Source: Toensbergia leucococca | Taxonomy: Eukaryota | Direction: 5' to 3' | Length of the DNA stretch: 54,250 nt | NCBI GenBank assembly: GCA_022813965.1 | Contig: JALDZS010000159.1 | Span: 1-54,250, forward strand | Shown here: in pieces, positions 11,539 to 25,440 of the stretch | Layout: each line of letters begins with the position of its first letter | Numbering within the stretch: the first letter of the stretch is position 1 | Made by a program: the position numbers and the translations under genes | Notes under the pieces: generated by a model | Told to the model about the DNA's origin: nothing | Database searches by the model: none | Seen by the model: only the letters and a program-made list of their open reading frames with translations

Positions 11539-11709
11539 TGAGACTTGACTGTATCGTCTCGCCAAGCGCCAAATTACCCCTGACAGGTACACGTTTAAAG
11601 GGTCTCGGACTTCATATACGGTAGCATAGGTTGATTCGTTACTGCGGAGATGGGCCTTGCAAGCTTTGGGCACGATACGTAACGGGGTATTCAATTGTGT
11701 GGAGGCTAT

Positions 11710-12769
11710 CTACTTCTTAGGGTCTTCCTTTTTCTCTTCCGGTTTGGGTGTTGGCAGTTGGAACTGGTGGATAATTAGTGAGATGCGATGGTTAAATAGC
11801 CAACGAGTAGTCAAGCTCAATAAAAGCATACCTGATCTGGTTTCCGGTCTTTACCCGGTCCCACTCCTTCCCATGCCGTAGTCCCCCCCTATTTCCCGAA
11901 AAGTCAGCACTCAACTGTCAAAGGTCAAACCGTTGGATTTGAAGACTAACCTCAAAATTACGGAATGCTTGTGTCAACTCCAACGGCTCAACCACTATTC
12001 TCTTCTTCTCCTCATCATATCTAATCTCCGTATATCCCGTCAACGGAAAATCCTTCCTCAACGGATGGCCATCGAAACCGTAATCCGTCATGATCCTCCT
12101 CAGATCCGGATGCCCAACAAAGAAAACTCCAAACAAATCATAAACCTCCCTCTCATACCAATTAGCCCCGTCGTAAAGGCTTGTGATACTTGGCACGGGT
12201 GTTGCCTCATCCGCGTATGTCTTGACCCGAATCCTTGAATTGTGCCGCACACTCAGGAGATTGTATACAATTTCAAAGCGCTGACTTTTCGTCGGATAAT
12301 CCACTGCTGTTATATCCGCAACCATTGTATACTCGGCAGCTGTGTGGTATTTCAGGAAGGAGATAACGGGGATGACGCCGGCCGGTGCGATATAGATAGT
12401 AAGCTCATCTTTCCATACAGAGAATTGTTGGATGTATTTCGGCAAACACGATAGTAGATACTGGCCGTAGGTGTGAAGGGCGGCGGCTTTCTCTTGGTAT
12501 TTATCGGTGGGATTGACAACTGGCACATGGAGCTTTCCCCCAGCTATCGGAGAGACGCATTAGCTCCTTCAGTGTTCAGTCTGAGAACGGATGGACGTAC
12601 GCGGCCTTTGAGCATGTCGCATGTTTGGTACGTCTTCTTGGGATGCTACATCCTTTGCGAGCAGAGCTGTGCATGTGAATTGCCGTGATGCTGAGGAACG
12701 CATTGGTGCATTGGCTGCGCATCGTAAAGCGTTTTGTAACGGCCTTGCACGGCCCAGTCTCGTTGCCAT
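11710..12769 (-). CDS. NDUFS3: NADH:ubiquinone oxidoreductase 30-kDa subunit (NDUFS3/NuoC; 4 exons)
   Basis: Arg-rich presequence. Motifs [87 protein letters not shown]. The last exons give [12 protein letters not shown]...[17 protein letters not shown]. Confidence 0.96.
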
Positions 12770-13098
12770 TGTGAGCAGCCTTCGTAATATATGAGCCCGG
12801 ACGAGGCAAAGTTGAGCTGCTGTCTCTTATTACAATGACTGAAGTCATCGATTCAGACGAGGAGGCGGATAAAGTGAGAACGCGCTATAATCGCTTCCGA
12901 GACAAGAACCTCCATCTTTCGAACTCTCTTCCTTCAAGTATCTCTTTAATATTAGTTTCTCGCACTGCGCGGTGTTAAAGGGGATAAGTGCATTCCTTCA
13001 CACAAAGTCTTTATGCTGAAACATCTTCGTGACATCTTTCCATCTCTCGTTCGTACCACCAGCATCGCTCACCCTTCGCCGACATCCATCCCCTCAAA

Positions 13099-15902
13099 AT
13101 GGCGAATCGCGCTCAACAAGACAGTTTTATGGATGACTCCGACGAATCATGGTCGGTCTTCAATCCTTCAAACTGTGATACTGAGTCCTGCTTCTGGGTC
13201 TTATGCTGACAATGCTCTCTTAGCCCTCTATGTGTTGAAGAGTTCGACCTTTCGGACAAGACTTTTCGGCCTTGTCCATGTGGCTACCAGGTATGCCGCC
13301 AAATAGTCCGCAGCGCTTGAAACCATCAGTCAGCATAGCAGAGCTCAGAAAGATGCCAAAGAGCCAAGCTAAATTTTCGTGGAATATAGATCTGCCAGTT
13401 CTGCTTCCATAACATTAAAAATAACATGAACGGCCTGTGTCCTGCATGTCGGAGACCCTACGACGAGAACGCCATAGAATTCAAAGTCGTCAGTTTTGAA
13501 GAGTAGGCATAAGTTTCAGCTTCGAATCCCTTTGAGGCACTTTCTGACTCAAATTAGATCGAAGGCAGAGTCAGCACTACAAGCACGCAAGAAAGCAGCC
13601 GCACGGCAAAAGGAAGCCGAGAGAAAACAAGTCGAGACCCTAAATCGGAAACACCTTGCAGGTCTACGTGTGTTGCAAAAGAACTTGGTCTATGTGGTCG
13701 GTTTGAACCATAAGAGCCGAGAGGAGGAGCTGCTTCAAATGTTACGGGGAGACCAATACTTTGGACAATACGGCGAAATAAAGAAGATCGTTGTCAGTAA
13801 TAAAGCAAAGGAATCGGCAAATGGGAGTAATTCGATAGGGGTATATGTTACCTTTGCGCGGAAAGAAGATGCCGAACGCTGCATTGCTGCTGTAGATGGG
13901 TCGCGAAATGGAGACCGAGTTCTAAGGCAAGCCAGTCCTACTACACTCGAAGATGTCACGCTAATTTTGCGTTTATAGAGCCCAATACGGGACTACAAAA
14001 TACTGCTCAGCGTTCTTGCGACACGAGACTTGTAATAATAAGGGCTGTATGTTCTTGCATGAGACCGGAGAGGACAACGACAGCTTCAGCCGCCAAGATC
14101 TATCATCAATGAATGCTGTCTCTACCCAACGACCAGCCGCACCACCGTCTACAACTTCTTCGGCCACAGTAAGAGCAAACCAACAGATTCCCCAACCACA
14201 ACCACCGCCACCGCAAACAACTTCATTTGCTACGTCGGCCTCTCCTCCTACGGTACATCAAATATCAAAGGATGAAGCAATGAGTCGTAGTGATAGTGGA
14301 GACGGCTCTGCCCTCCCTTCTTCTGCAAGTTGGGTTACTAAGAATGCCCAGATTGGAGACAGCAGGACGCCAAGTAAAACTGCCAGTGTCTCAACTCCGA
14401 GTCCTATGATGAGCGATGCGAATTTAGTACACCAAACTGTAGAGACACAGTCTATTGCGGCTAATCCTACCACCGCCCCCGAGCCCACTGGTGTAAGCTC
14501 TGATGGATCATTACGACCGCAAAATCGGCTTTTTTATGGCCCTCCCCATCCACTTGACGCCGCTCTCAAGAGAGTCCTGACTTCTTCTTTCAAATTCGTG
14601 TTTGATCGCTCCAGATACTCTGAAGAGGAATTGAGAGAGATTGATAATTATCCGCCCATTTTTGACATGAATGGTGGGGCTGTGCGTCATAATATTGAAA
14701 AGGAACGAGAGCAACAGCGTCTTAAGGATGCTGAGGAAGAGCTCAAGATCTTAGGGGCAATATCCGCTTCCGAAGAGGACGATAACCCGGCAAGTGGAAG
14801 TCTGCAGCTTGGAGGCGAACCTGAGTCTCACGATGGACCAAACGAGAGACCAGGCCAAGTCAGTGGGGAGCAGCGTAGTGCTCTTCAACGTGGATTCACG
14901 ATGTCTCCTAGCAGTATAGATTTAGCAGGTTCAGCATTCTCAATGAACAATCCCTCAAGCTCATCAGTCAACGGTCGTGGCCTTACGGATCAACAGCAGC
15001 GACAGCTCATGCTTCTAAAGTCTAATGATAGCCAACAACATTTTGTGAACGGTCAATTTCAGCAAGGCAACACGAACAATACAAGTCAGCACCATCATCA
15101 ACAATCCAATCCGTTTCAGACTCAAAACCAGTATCTCAGCAATCTTCAAGGCCACGTTAGGCAGGCATCACGTTACACATTCGCAAATGATTCCGTTTCA
15201 GCCTCGGCGGTAGTGAAGCCGGCAGCGAATGCCCAACTTATGGCCCAACAATCTTCAATGATGCCGCCGAATCAGGGCAAGCCTTTCCAGAACCAGTCGA
15301 TCCAGCAAACAAACCCACATACTAGCCATTTTTTTAGTAGTGGAGTGCAAGGTCCCCCACCAGGTCTCAAATCCAGCGGTACACCACCAATTAGTGGAGG
15401 CGGTATGTTCGGCCAAGGCCATGGATTCGCAAGCGCTATGGGCGGCAGCATTGGTATTGGAGGCAGTAATGGTGGAAGTAAGAATACCAACGACGATCTC
15501 ATGCGTGAGCTTCTTCGTTCAAGGAGTGGAGCTGGTAATGGTCAGGGACCGGAATCCGGAAAGCGTGAGTTCATGTTTCCTTCTTTCCTAAAACAGCCCA
15601 TGACCTCCGATCCTGCCCTTGCCCCAAGCCTCCCGAGCTTGCTTTATGGATCGCAGCTTGGGACCTATCAAGGGTACCAAGATCAAGCATTCCAAAAGCA
15701 GAAGAAGAAGGGGAAGAAGCACAGACATGCTAACACTTCCTCTTCCGGGGGAGGTGGAACAGTTGATCTTGCGGACCCGAGTATCTTGCAGGCCAGAATG
15801 CATCACGGTGGAGTTGGACAAGGACAGTTTGGCTATCAAGGTCAAGGTGGGTACAATCCAAACAGTATGATGTACGGAGGCGGCTACGGGGGCAGATGGT
15901 AG
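13099..15902 (+). CDS. NOT4: CCR4-NOT E3 ubiquitin ligase Not4, short (intron-retaining) isoform
   Basis: C4C4 RING (CPLCVEEFDLSDKTFRPCPCGYQICQFC...CPACRRPY), RRM (LAGLRVLQKNLVYVVGL...YFGQYGEIKKIVV) and C3H finger (LRAQYGTTKYCSAFLRHETCNNKGCMFLHE). Four short introns, one of them GC-AG (13927-13978). Confidence 0.93.
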
Positions 15903-16542
15903 TTGCAAACACTACTCGACACCCCTTGAGCCGAAGCTTTTCTTTTGATACACACCTTTTTCCAACTGTCATTTTTAGCTTCAAGGCAATGGGGCAGATT
16001 TCTTTCCACGTCATTTAGCGAAGCATAGGGCAAAAGATCACGGGCACAGGAAAGGGAATTCTTCTGGTGTATCGGATGGATGGGAGTCATTCTTCGCTGT
16101 GGCGCAAGATCTGACCGGAGCATTTACGGGGGGCATTTCCTTCCCTTACTTCATAGAGACATTCTCGTTCTCGGGGCTTCATATGATCTTCGGTTGGCTA
16201 CTTTGCATTATGAGCATCGTCGGCTCGTCATGGTCACTTTATGTACGTTAAAATCCCCTTTCCTGACCTGGAGATCAGGCAGGTGCATATCAAACGATCT
16301 TTTCTCACCTTTTGTTGCCAATTTAGAGTCCGATTCAATAGGTACCATGACGAGATCATCGATAGCATATCCTCTGATGCGATCCTTGGCCGTTGGATGT
16401 CTTGAAAGCTAGCCAGTATATAGATATTGCCGCGAGTCTTGTGTGCGGTTATAGTCCACGCAATGTTATTCTCAGCCCTATCACATTTCGTTCGTTTATT
16501 AGAATCACGTAGCTCAACGTGGCTAACTATGAATTCGGACAG

Positions 16543-18623
16543 GTTCTCACGCTTTCGCTCGGATGGACGACATCACGACGTCGACAGATCGCCTGGTTGG
16601 CAACGCTGCTAGTAACAGTGTAAACGAATCGTCTTCATCCGCCAAAACAGTGCCCAAGAACCCCATTCCTACTCCTGTGTCTGTACCTCCTGGACTCTCA
16701 CTACCTCACGACTTTCCACCACTAGCTGCGCCGCAGACTTTACCCTCTGCCTCAATCCGACCTCAACGTAAAGCAGCCTCAAACACGGTTCCATCTAACA
16801 CAGTTAAACCTGTAGTACCTATGCTTCCCACGCTACCAATCCGTCCGGCTTCTCCGGTCAAAGGAAACAAAGGATCACGAGCTTCTGATGCCGCTTGCAC
16901 TCAGACGTCTGTCTCTATCCCCGTACCCATGGCAAAACGCACTACAACTACAGATGGCTCTATTGGAGATGGCTCAGGGCACCCACAAGGTAGAGCGCCA
17001 CCTATACCTACAAGCTCAACAAATTTGCAGTGCCAGAACGCCCACGTAGACTCAACAAATGCCGACAAGAAAGAAAGCCAGGAGCATTCACTCAAAACGG
17101 CGGAGAAACGACAACATCCTGGTAGATTGGATATCACAGCTGCCAAAGACGCATCGACAAAGGATTTGGAATCACTTGTAGCTTCTCCTAAACAAGACAA
17201 GTCGAAGACTCCGAGTGAGGCAGGTCGAGGTACAGCTTCAGGGATTCTAGGCTTGTCTCAGCCGAGTACTCCAACAATGGGAGCTTCCCAAATCTCTGCA
17301 TCATCTGCAATGCGCCAAGCCCAGCCTCGCACTATGCGAGTGTTGCCGACGCCCAAGGTTGAACCGAATTTTCGTTTGTCGGGAGCTTCGCCATCTTTCG
17401 CATCATCTTCGGCTGTACTCAGACAGCCATCTCGTCGGACAAGTATTAACTCTATCAATCAACCTACTACTCCAGCGAGCGAGAGGATCTCAGATAACGC
17501 ATCAGTTACTTCGGCGTCAATATCCCGCACCAATTCACCAGCTCCAAGCAAAGTGGGCTCTGCACCGGTTAGACAGACGACCAAGAGTCAACAAAAGAAA
17601 GAGCGGCAAGCAAGAGCAAAGCTTGCTGAAGCAATTTCGAAGGTAGTCGAAACGCCAGCAGCGACAATCGCGGAAAAGCCAGTGCAAGCCCCGATCCTTG
17701 GAAGGAAGAAAAAGGCAAAGAAGGCCTCAACTAGAGACACTAGAGACACTACATATTCCACCCCAGATATCAGTAGGGCGTCATCGCCAGCACACGATAC
17801 AGAAAACGCAGTGGACAAAGAGGATTCATTGCCTACTACACCGACCAGAGAAAGCAAGAAAGAAGACGAAGCTCACACTGCTCCTGCAGCGCCAACGAAC
17901 AGCGACCAAAATCAGAAAGCGTCGCCAACTGCAGCTTCCCTTTTCGCAGAACTTCAAAAGGCCGACGCAATCTACGCCTCAGCAATAGATCTCTTTAAAG
18001 GTTTCCCGGGTATTAATCACCGTTTCGATCTCACTCCCATCGACCTTGCTGAAAGTAGCGGTATTCCCATGCTTTCCAACGATCAAATTCGGCAATTGGA
18101 AGAAGGCGATGCTGTATGCGTCGAGCTCGGGCAGGATAAACGTGTCATCGTCCTCCCCGATCGCCACACTCTCCGTGGCTTCAGCTCCGAACAAGCCAAA
18201 CGTTACTTGGAAAAACGAAAGCAAGTTATCTCCACTAGTGGGCCCACCATGTTCAATTCTTCTCGCCACAAGATTGACCGCTACCTTCACGCTCTTCCCC
18301 GCTCGCACGCAGAGTTCAACGGCTATATGGCGAATAACTTCAGGGCCGACAATGACGATGGATCGGATGATTCTCCCGAACTGGTGAACCGTTTTGTGGC
18401 ACCGCCATCGCCTACGGTCGCGGGGGCATTGCTGCTAGATAACTATTGGTCTGCGATGGGGCCACCAGGGGATGAGGGCATGGCGATGCGGGTTCCTACT
18501 ATGAGCGTGGAGGAGGCAGAGAAAGCGTGGATAGCAAGTCGAAAGGAAACCGAGGCGATAGAGAAAAAGTTGAATGCGCTTATAAAGCGAAATCGTCGGT
18601 TGCTTTCAGGAGGAGCGCTTTGA
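16543..18623 (+). CDS. NOT4: Alternative terminal exon of NOT4 (long isoform C-terminus, ~690 aa)
   Basis: Branch point GCTAAC (16522-16527) and acceptor CAG (16540-16542). A phase-1 join to donor GTGAGT at 15565 gives the in-frame GKR-SHAFARMDD. Ends in a coiled-coil (SVEEAEKAWIASRKETEAIEKKLNALIKRNRRLL). Confidence 0.75.
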
Positions 18624-19832
18624 AGAATGGTGTTGGGTTGAGTCAAATGAGTGGATTTTATGAGGATGAAGAGTCTGATGGACGGATCTGTTCAGTTGAA
18701 ATGCGGTTTGGCATGATCAGAAATGTTGCGTTTGTAGTGCTCATGGCAGTGTTTCATGGCAGTGTAAAGCAGGGCAGGCAAATCATTGGCACTTTCACAT
18801 TCGTTGAGAGGGGCGAAAATGTTTGACTTGGGCCTTTTTCCACTTTGTGTTTCCAAACTCTACTCTACAGACAAAACTGGATAAGATTGCGAAAGGTTCA
18901 GCTGTACCAACCATTAGATGCATGCGCTTAGTTGTTCTCTGTTCTGTTCTGTTCGTTACTACAAGATGCAATATTGTTGCATAGGTATGGTGCCTGATGC
19001 TTGGAGATTTTCTCCTGATTATGTGCATTTTGGTAGAGATGTATTTGAGTATTGCGGTAGGAAGGGAGGCTAGGATTGAAAGATCGATACGTGTGACTGA
19101 ATGGAGGATTTGGATAGATGTAGGGATATTGTAGGGTTTATTCCACCCGATGACTTGCAATCGTACGGGGGAAACTTGTGCCATTATCTATATCACTTTC
19201 ATTGCCCTTAAAAATGGCAATGTAAATCGTGACTGCGATTTTTCCTCCTTCAAGATTGAGATTGAGGTGAGGGTGGGGGTGGGGTGGAGATTACTGCTTG
19301 CTACCTATCTATTTAATGAACAAAAACCATGACACGCCAATATTTGATTAGAAAAGGCCAGAGTAGATAAAAAATGAAAAAACAAAACAGTATGTGATAA
19401 AATAGATATTCTAGATGGCGGTAGGATTTTTTTTTTTTTTGTATCATCTTAATTGGATTTTTTTAATCTTCAAAATGTTGGACATTGTGGTGTTTCCAAA
19501 ATCATGATCTCCATCTCCCCCCTTGATGATCATGTGCTCAAATGAATGAGAAAAAAGGGAGGAGGAAGGTAACAAGTATGAATATTAAAATGAGGCTGGG
19601 TCGGTACATATTATATATCATGAGCCTTTCTATGATTTGCCGCTTCCAACTTTCTCTCTCCGTATATATATAAAAGGAACAAGGGCAAAGCAGCCGCCCA
19701 ATGGAGTTTTAAAGATTCATGATTCCCGTCCCACGCCACTGTATCACAAGATTTACCTCAGGGTCAAGTGCTGTAATCCCGGACCCTCAAGATAGCCAAC
19801 AAACGCCCCCAAAAAACAAGACACCCCCCTAA

Positions 19833-22800
19833 CTAACTCCCCGCACCTCCCCTCCCCCTCCCCACCACACCCCCACCCCTTCCTCTCCCTCTTCCCCTCC
19901 CTCTCCCCTTTCCCCTGTTCCCCGCCCCTCTACTGCCCCTATTCCGCACCTCCCCACCACCCGCACCAGAAGCGCCACCAGCTACCTCGAGCATAACCTT
20001 CCGGCTTTCCTGATCCCACCATTCCTGAAACGCTTGCTCTTCCTGGATTTCCTGCAAGCTGCGCTTGGCGGCGACTTCTTTGATGATGTCCTTTTCCGTT
20101 TGCTGCTGCGCCAGGATGTCGGCCATTGAGAGTTGAAGGGAAGGTTCTGCGGAGGGAGGAGGGAGGTGTTGGAGGGAGTGTATGGAGGGTTTGGAGGTTG
20201 GGGGCTGGGCGGATACATGTGGACTATTGGGCTTGTTGGGGGATGGTGGGAGGTTGAATTGTTTGGATGGGTGGGGCTGTGATGCGCTTCGTTGAGGTGG
20301 GGTTGGTTGGGGTTGAGTGCCTGCGCTGACGGATCTATGGGGAGCTAGAGCCTTGCCAGGAACAGTTTGCCTCAAAGTCAGCGGCGGGATCGATGATGTT
20401 GTAGGTAGATCCAAGGCTTTTGCTGGCGGAGCTCCGTAGCTTTCTGCACCAAGTACGTCCTTTAAAGAAACCTTTGGACCTATAGCTGGGACTTGCCACG
20501 GTGATGCAGGTTTCTCGTCTGGAATTCGTTGATCTTCCAATGATGGGCTCGCAGGGATTGGATGTTGCCGTTCCGGTGGCTGCTGCTGCTGTTGCTTTTT
20601 GCGCTCTCGTTGCGACAGCTTAGCTCCGATAGTTCCTCCTGCGCCTTCGCTATCATGGTCTCGCGTTGAAATATTCGAAGATATCATGGATGTGCGGTTC
20701 AACGAGGCTTGGGCCATGATGTCTCTCATGCCTAATTTGTCAGATGTAAAGGCCGTCGGTCCCCATACCTGGGAGCTCGTAGAAGGCGAGCTACCTTTAA
20801 GAGAGCTAGAGCTATCGATTGACTGATTTCGATGCTCCTCGGTAAGATGGGATGTTCTTACTCTTGGCGGACTTGGCAAAGCTCTACCTTTACGGTCAAA
20901 CCAAACATCATCATCAGCAGGCAGACTCGACAATGGCGTTCGAGGCTGCGTATTGTGATGTTTATCGGACTTCTCGTGAGATGGAACATGCAGCTTACTC
21001 TCATCATCAGAACAAGCTCGGTGGGCGTCTAATTCGTAAGCTTCATCCATCTGAAAGATTAAATCTGCCTCCGAAGACTTTGGTTTCAGAATCGGGCTCT
21101 TCAATGTGCCACTGTGTTCTTTGGATCTTCGTCGAGATTTCTGTATAGTAGGAGACGGTGCTAAATCATCGACTGAGGGGACCCTAGCCTTCAAAGAAGC
21201 CGAAAAGCGAACCTCGTCTTCATGCAAGCGGGATTGAAGTGCCAAGGAGTCAATTTTGGCGCATTGGCTGCGTTCAATCATACCAGATAGCTCAGGATAC
21301 CTTTCATGCAATTCCGCCTCAGCTCTGCCACTTTTGGCAAAAGGTAGACAGGCGAGCTGATTTTGTCGAACGACGTTATCCAACTCGAGCATGAGGTCGT
21401 CATCAAGCTCATTCAGCAGACTATAGAGATATCAGGAGACGTTCTAATCCACAAGCAGACTCAGTTTGTACTTACTGGTTCTCGAGCAAACCCTCCAGAT
21501 TAAGACAGATATACTCCAAGGCTGCATCTTTGAACTCGGTGACAGAGCATGGGGCTACTGCGTTGAGTAGCTGACAGACGTTACGAGTATTCACTGTATG
21601 CGTAAGCCTCATCATCTTAAGCACACGGCAAACCTGCTCACCGAATTGGCCGAGTATCTTTTGACAGCTTTGTACGAGTCGATCGAGCATCAATTCATTC
21701 GCCACGGACATGACGTCCATGATGAGATCTAAAAAGGCGTCAAGATCTGTTCTTACAGCATCTTCAAAGATATCCTCAGCAACGTCGGCATATATGTGCT
21801 GCAGAACAAGTCTGAATACGTCCGGATTGACATGTTTCAGGTCCACCTTGATGGTTTCTTGCGGATCTTTGGCGAGTTCTCGCCGCGATGAAACCCAGAG
21901 TCCTGCTGCACGTCCGTTGAAGAGTCCCTCAAAAAAGGGGCATCGTTGACACATCAAAGCACTGTGAACTCTCATGCTGTGACCATCGAGTTCAACCTCT
22001 ACGTCGCCATTTTCAAAATAGTCTGGCTGCTTGATCGCATGTTCCAGATCCCGGTGTAAAGTCTTCGATGGCGGGACCATAACACGTACCGCTTGCTCTA
22101 GACTCCGCATATTTAGGGTCGTGGCAATTTTCATGAGCTCCGTTCGTATCTGACGATATCTGAAAGCCAATTTGGGGACTTTTCTCGTATGAAGCCAAAC
22201 ATCAACCACGCAGTCTGAATATAAATATAATGCAAGGTTGATGATGGTGATGAAATCTGCACCTTGGAACAAGATTAGAACCTTTCCCTCCTTGTCATAC
22301 TCGATCGTCATGATTTCCGGAATACTGAAGAAGTAATTTTGACGAAACTCGTTCAGCGCTCGGCCCATCATGTCACTCCGTCCTACCAGGACAAATTCGT
22401 GGATAGGGATCCGAGCTTCAGATATGGTAGTCCCAAGACGTACATCATACGAGGATTGTTTGGATTTATCTTGTTGTGCAAACAACGTTGTAACCTTTTC
22501 CTCGATATCACTAGTCGTCAAAACCGCGTTGCGGATTGTAGCTGGGTCATTCTTGGACTTATGTGGCGTCCAGAAGCGTGGAGTGGGATTTTCCGTCTCG
22601 GAATCTTCTTCATCCGCAGAGAGCTCATTGAAAGACAGCAGAGGGAACAAATCGGTCCACAAAGTACTGCTATCAACACTCACTTGGGTTTTGAGAATAT
22701 CACAGTCACAACGAATCGCAGCGTAAGCACCAAATATATTACTTCTCACTGCTGTGATCCTCGTCAACCCGGGCACTCGGGAAAATTTGTAATCCTTTGG

Positions 22801-24816
22801 CTTGTACTCTGTAGCACCTGAAGCGTTTGCATCCTTGATTTTGGCTCGTTTGACCCTTCTCCACACAGACCCGGATTCGGTGCAGATGATGACAGAGCCA
22901 TCTTGTCCAACATCAACATCTCTAACTGCCATGTGGCTTTTCCTTAGGGACCAAATACGTTGTGGCTGTGAAAGAGCACGGCGGATTTTGGAAGGATTCG
23001 TAGTCGACGTAGTAGTCTGTCCAGATTCTGCTTTTTGACTAACATTGACGGTGAAAACATCACCTCTGCTTGAAATGGCACAAATTGTGTCTCCCCCCGA
23101 TGTGATTTTGCTGACTTGATTTTGCACGCTGTCATATCTTGTGCTCAAATAGCTGTTCCTAAGAAAATAGTTGGAAAAGCTCTCTAGTGGGAAAGACAGT
23201 TTGGTATAGCCAAAGTTGGCAAATATCCATACTTCATGATTATCGAGCAGACAGATCGTTGCCTTGTCGATGGCTGAAACCATGCTGATGGGCGATGAAA
23301 AGACAGAAGCGGCCACTTTCCGAGGAATGGGTTGCATTATCAATGAGCTAGCATCGGAATCAATAATGCCAAGTTGACCCTCGTTCTTCCCAAATGTGTA
23401 TAATGAACTAGCTGTGTGAACTACGGTATGGACGCGAGAGGCAGTAGCGCCGATGACAACCTCGCGTTTGAGAGGGCCGAATATCTGCCGCGGCAGAAGT
23501 TGCATCGGCTCGTCGTCTTTGCCGTTGGAAGCAGGTAACGAATAGCCAAGCTGACCGAATAAATTGCTACCCCAGGTAAACGTTTCACCCTCACTAGAAA
23601 TCGCAACTGTGTGATTCTGTCCAAGTCCAACGTGAACCACTTTCTTTCCCATTAAGCCTCCACCGTGGACGCTGACATAATGAAACCGTGTTACCTCGTC
23701 CCCAGTCCCTAACCTGCCCCCGGATCCAAAGCCACACATATAAAGGTTTGCTTCAGGATCAGTCGTCAAGACAGCAGAATGAAACTTAGATAGCTGAACA
23801 TCTTGGATGATTATTGGCCGATGCTGGACAACAGCTGGTAATGCATGACTTCTTGTTGCACTTGCCGATTCAATCAGATCTTGCTGGAGATGATACCCTT
23901 TACCTTCAGATCTATGGAACTGAAACTCTGCGCAGAGACGTCGCAGAAGGTGGTCGGCACGTGTCAAAAGGATGCGCTCGGGGAATTGGCGGTCGTCCTC
24001 ATCACCGAATCCCAATGTCAGATTCTTATTGCTACCAAAGGCAAACATTTCGTCGCCACCAATTGAGACTCTTGGCGTGACTACTCTGGTCCTCGAACCA
24101 TCATCCATGTTGTCTCCACTATCTCCTTGAGCTACGTCGTTCTCCTCTTCCTCAGAAAAAAAACCATCTATTTGTGGTATGGTCGATCCTTGACGAATGA
24201 TTCTATTGGTTATTGAAGTTCCGAATACATCAAATGGGCTGTTACCTTCCCGATCTTTGATTTTGATGAGGCCACCGGTGCTGTGCGTCACGCCAAAATT
24301 GGTCTCCCCGATTGCGTCTTGTCTATCCCGGTCCATCATAGCACGTGCAACTGTAATATTACCAAAGTACAGTGCTCGATGCAGAGCAGTCCATCCACTC
24401 TCAGCATCCTGGATATAAAGATCGAGTAAGGGTAACTGGAGAAGCGCCAGTGCATATAGCGAGGCCGTCGGACTGGTGGAAGATGCTATGTAGTGCAATA
24501 AAGAAACACCATGCGAATCTCTCCAATTAATGTCTGCGCGTGTCAAGGTGATGTTTCCGGAAGGTCTTGGCCCTTTTCCCCCTGGTGGTTGTGCTGCTGG
24601 ACTCCATCCGGGTGATCTCCTGCTTTTGCTTGTCAGTTTTGGTGATGTTCCAAGACCTTTCCCAGGACTGCCTATGGTGGTCGCAGGCGCTCCTCCGGCG
24701 GCACCTGAGCTGGGCTTGGAGGCGACAACGGATGCATTGTAGGTAGCATTTTCCAGTAATTGGCGGAATTTGTCGACATGATCTTCGAAATAGTACTTCC
24801 AGAGATAGGTACTCAT
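19833..24816 (-). CDS. btb1: Ankyrin-RCC1-BTB/POZ protein (IBTK/Btb1-like Cul3 adaptor; 3 exons)
   Basis: Ankyrin repeat (QDAESGWTALHRALYFGNI), RCC1 repeats (CGFGSGGRLGTGDE, TWGSNLFGQLG, TFGKNEGQLG), two BTB domains (VHSALMCQRCPFF), then SLQEIQEEQAFQEWWDQES and an RGG tail. Introns 21594-21641 and ~21422-21475. Confidence 0.9.
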
Positions 24817-25440
24817 GTGCCAATGATGAAGCGATAAGAAGATGCTCCAATCGCTCCGAACAAGCACCTCGCTGTAATCTCAGAGGATCACGGCTTGTTT
24901 AAAGGTGCCAGGCGGAGGATAGAAGTCTTCCTTGGATGCAAAAGCGAACAGCACAAGAGCGGAGTGGCGAATCGATGTCAAGCAATCTGGATGGTAATCG
25001 GAGAGGGTTGTAGGGAGTTAATTGGGTATGGTCCCAAGGTCCAGAGCTAGTGGGATGGAGGCTGGAGGCAGGAGGCTTTCGTTATGCAGTGGTGGTAAAA
25101 GGTGCTTTGGTCGCTGAGGATTTGGGAGCGGAGGGGGATGACTAAATACTAGAATACGAATATTTAATGCGGATTGTCAGAAGAACCAATCAGAGGCCCG
25201 CTTCCACCAGACATGGGATTTGATTCGCAATCGAGCAATCCTCGAATGGCTTCCGTCTAATGATGACTCCACCCACTCCTACCATCATCAACCGCACAAT
25301 CATTTAACTCTCGCCGTAGAATATCAGCGTCGTCGGGGGAGAATACCTTATTCTAATTAGGGCAACCACTTTTCACATTCAATTGTCCCTACCTACCGTA
25401 TAATCTGTCATATAAGATATGGTTGGTTTACAAGATACTA

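Noticed and set aside
16563..18623. Independent 686-aa gene starting at ATG 16563
   Set aside because: A strong branch point and acceptor lie 20 nt upstream, in phase with NOT4 donors, so a terminal exon is the better explanation.
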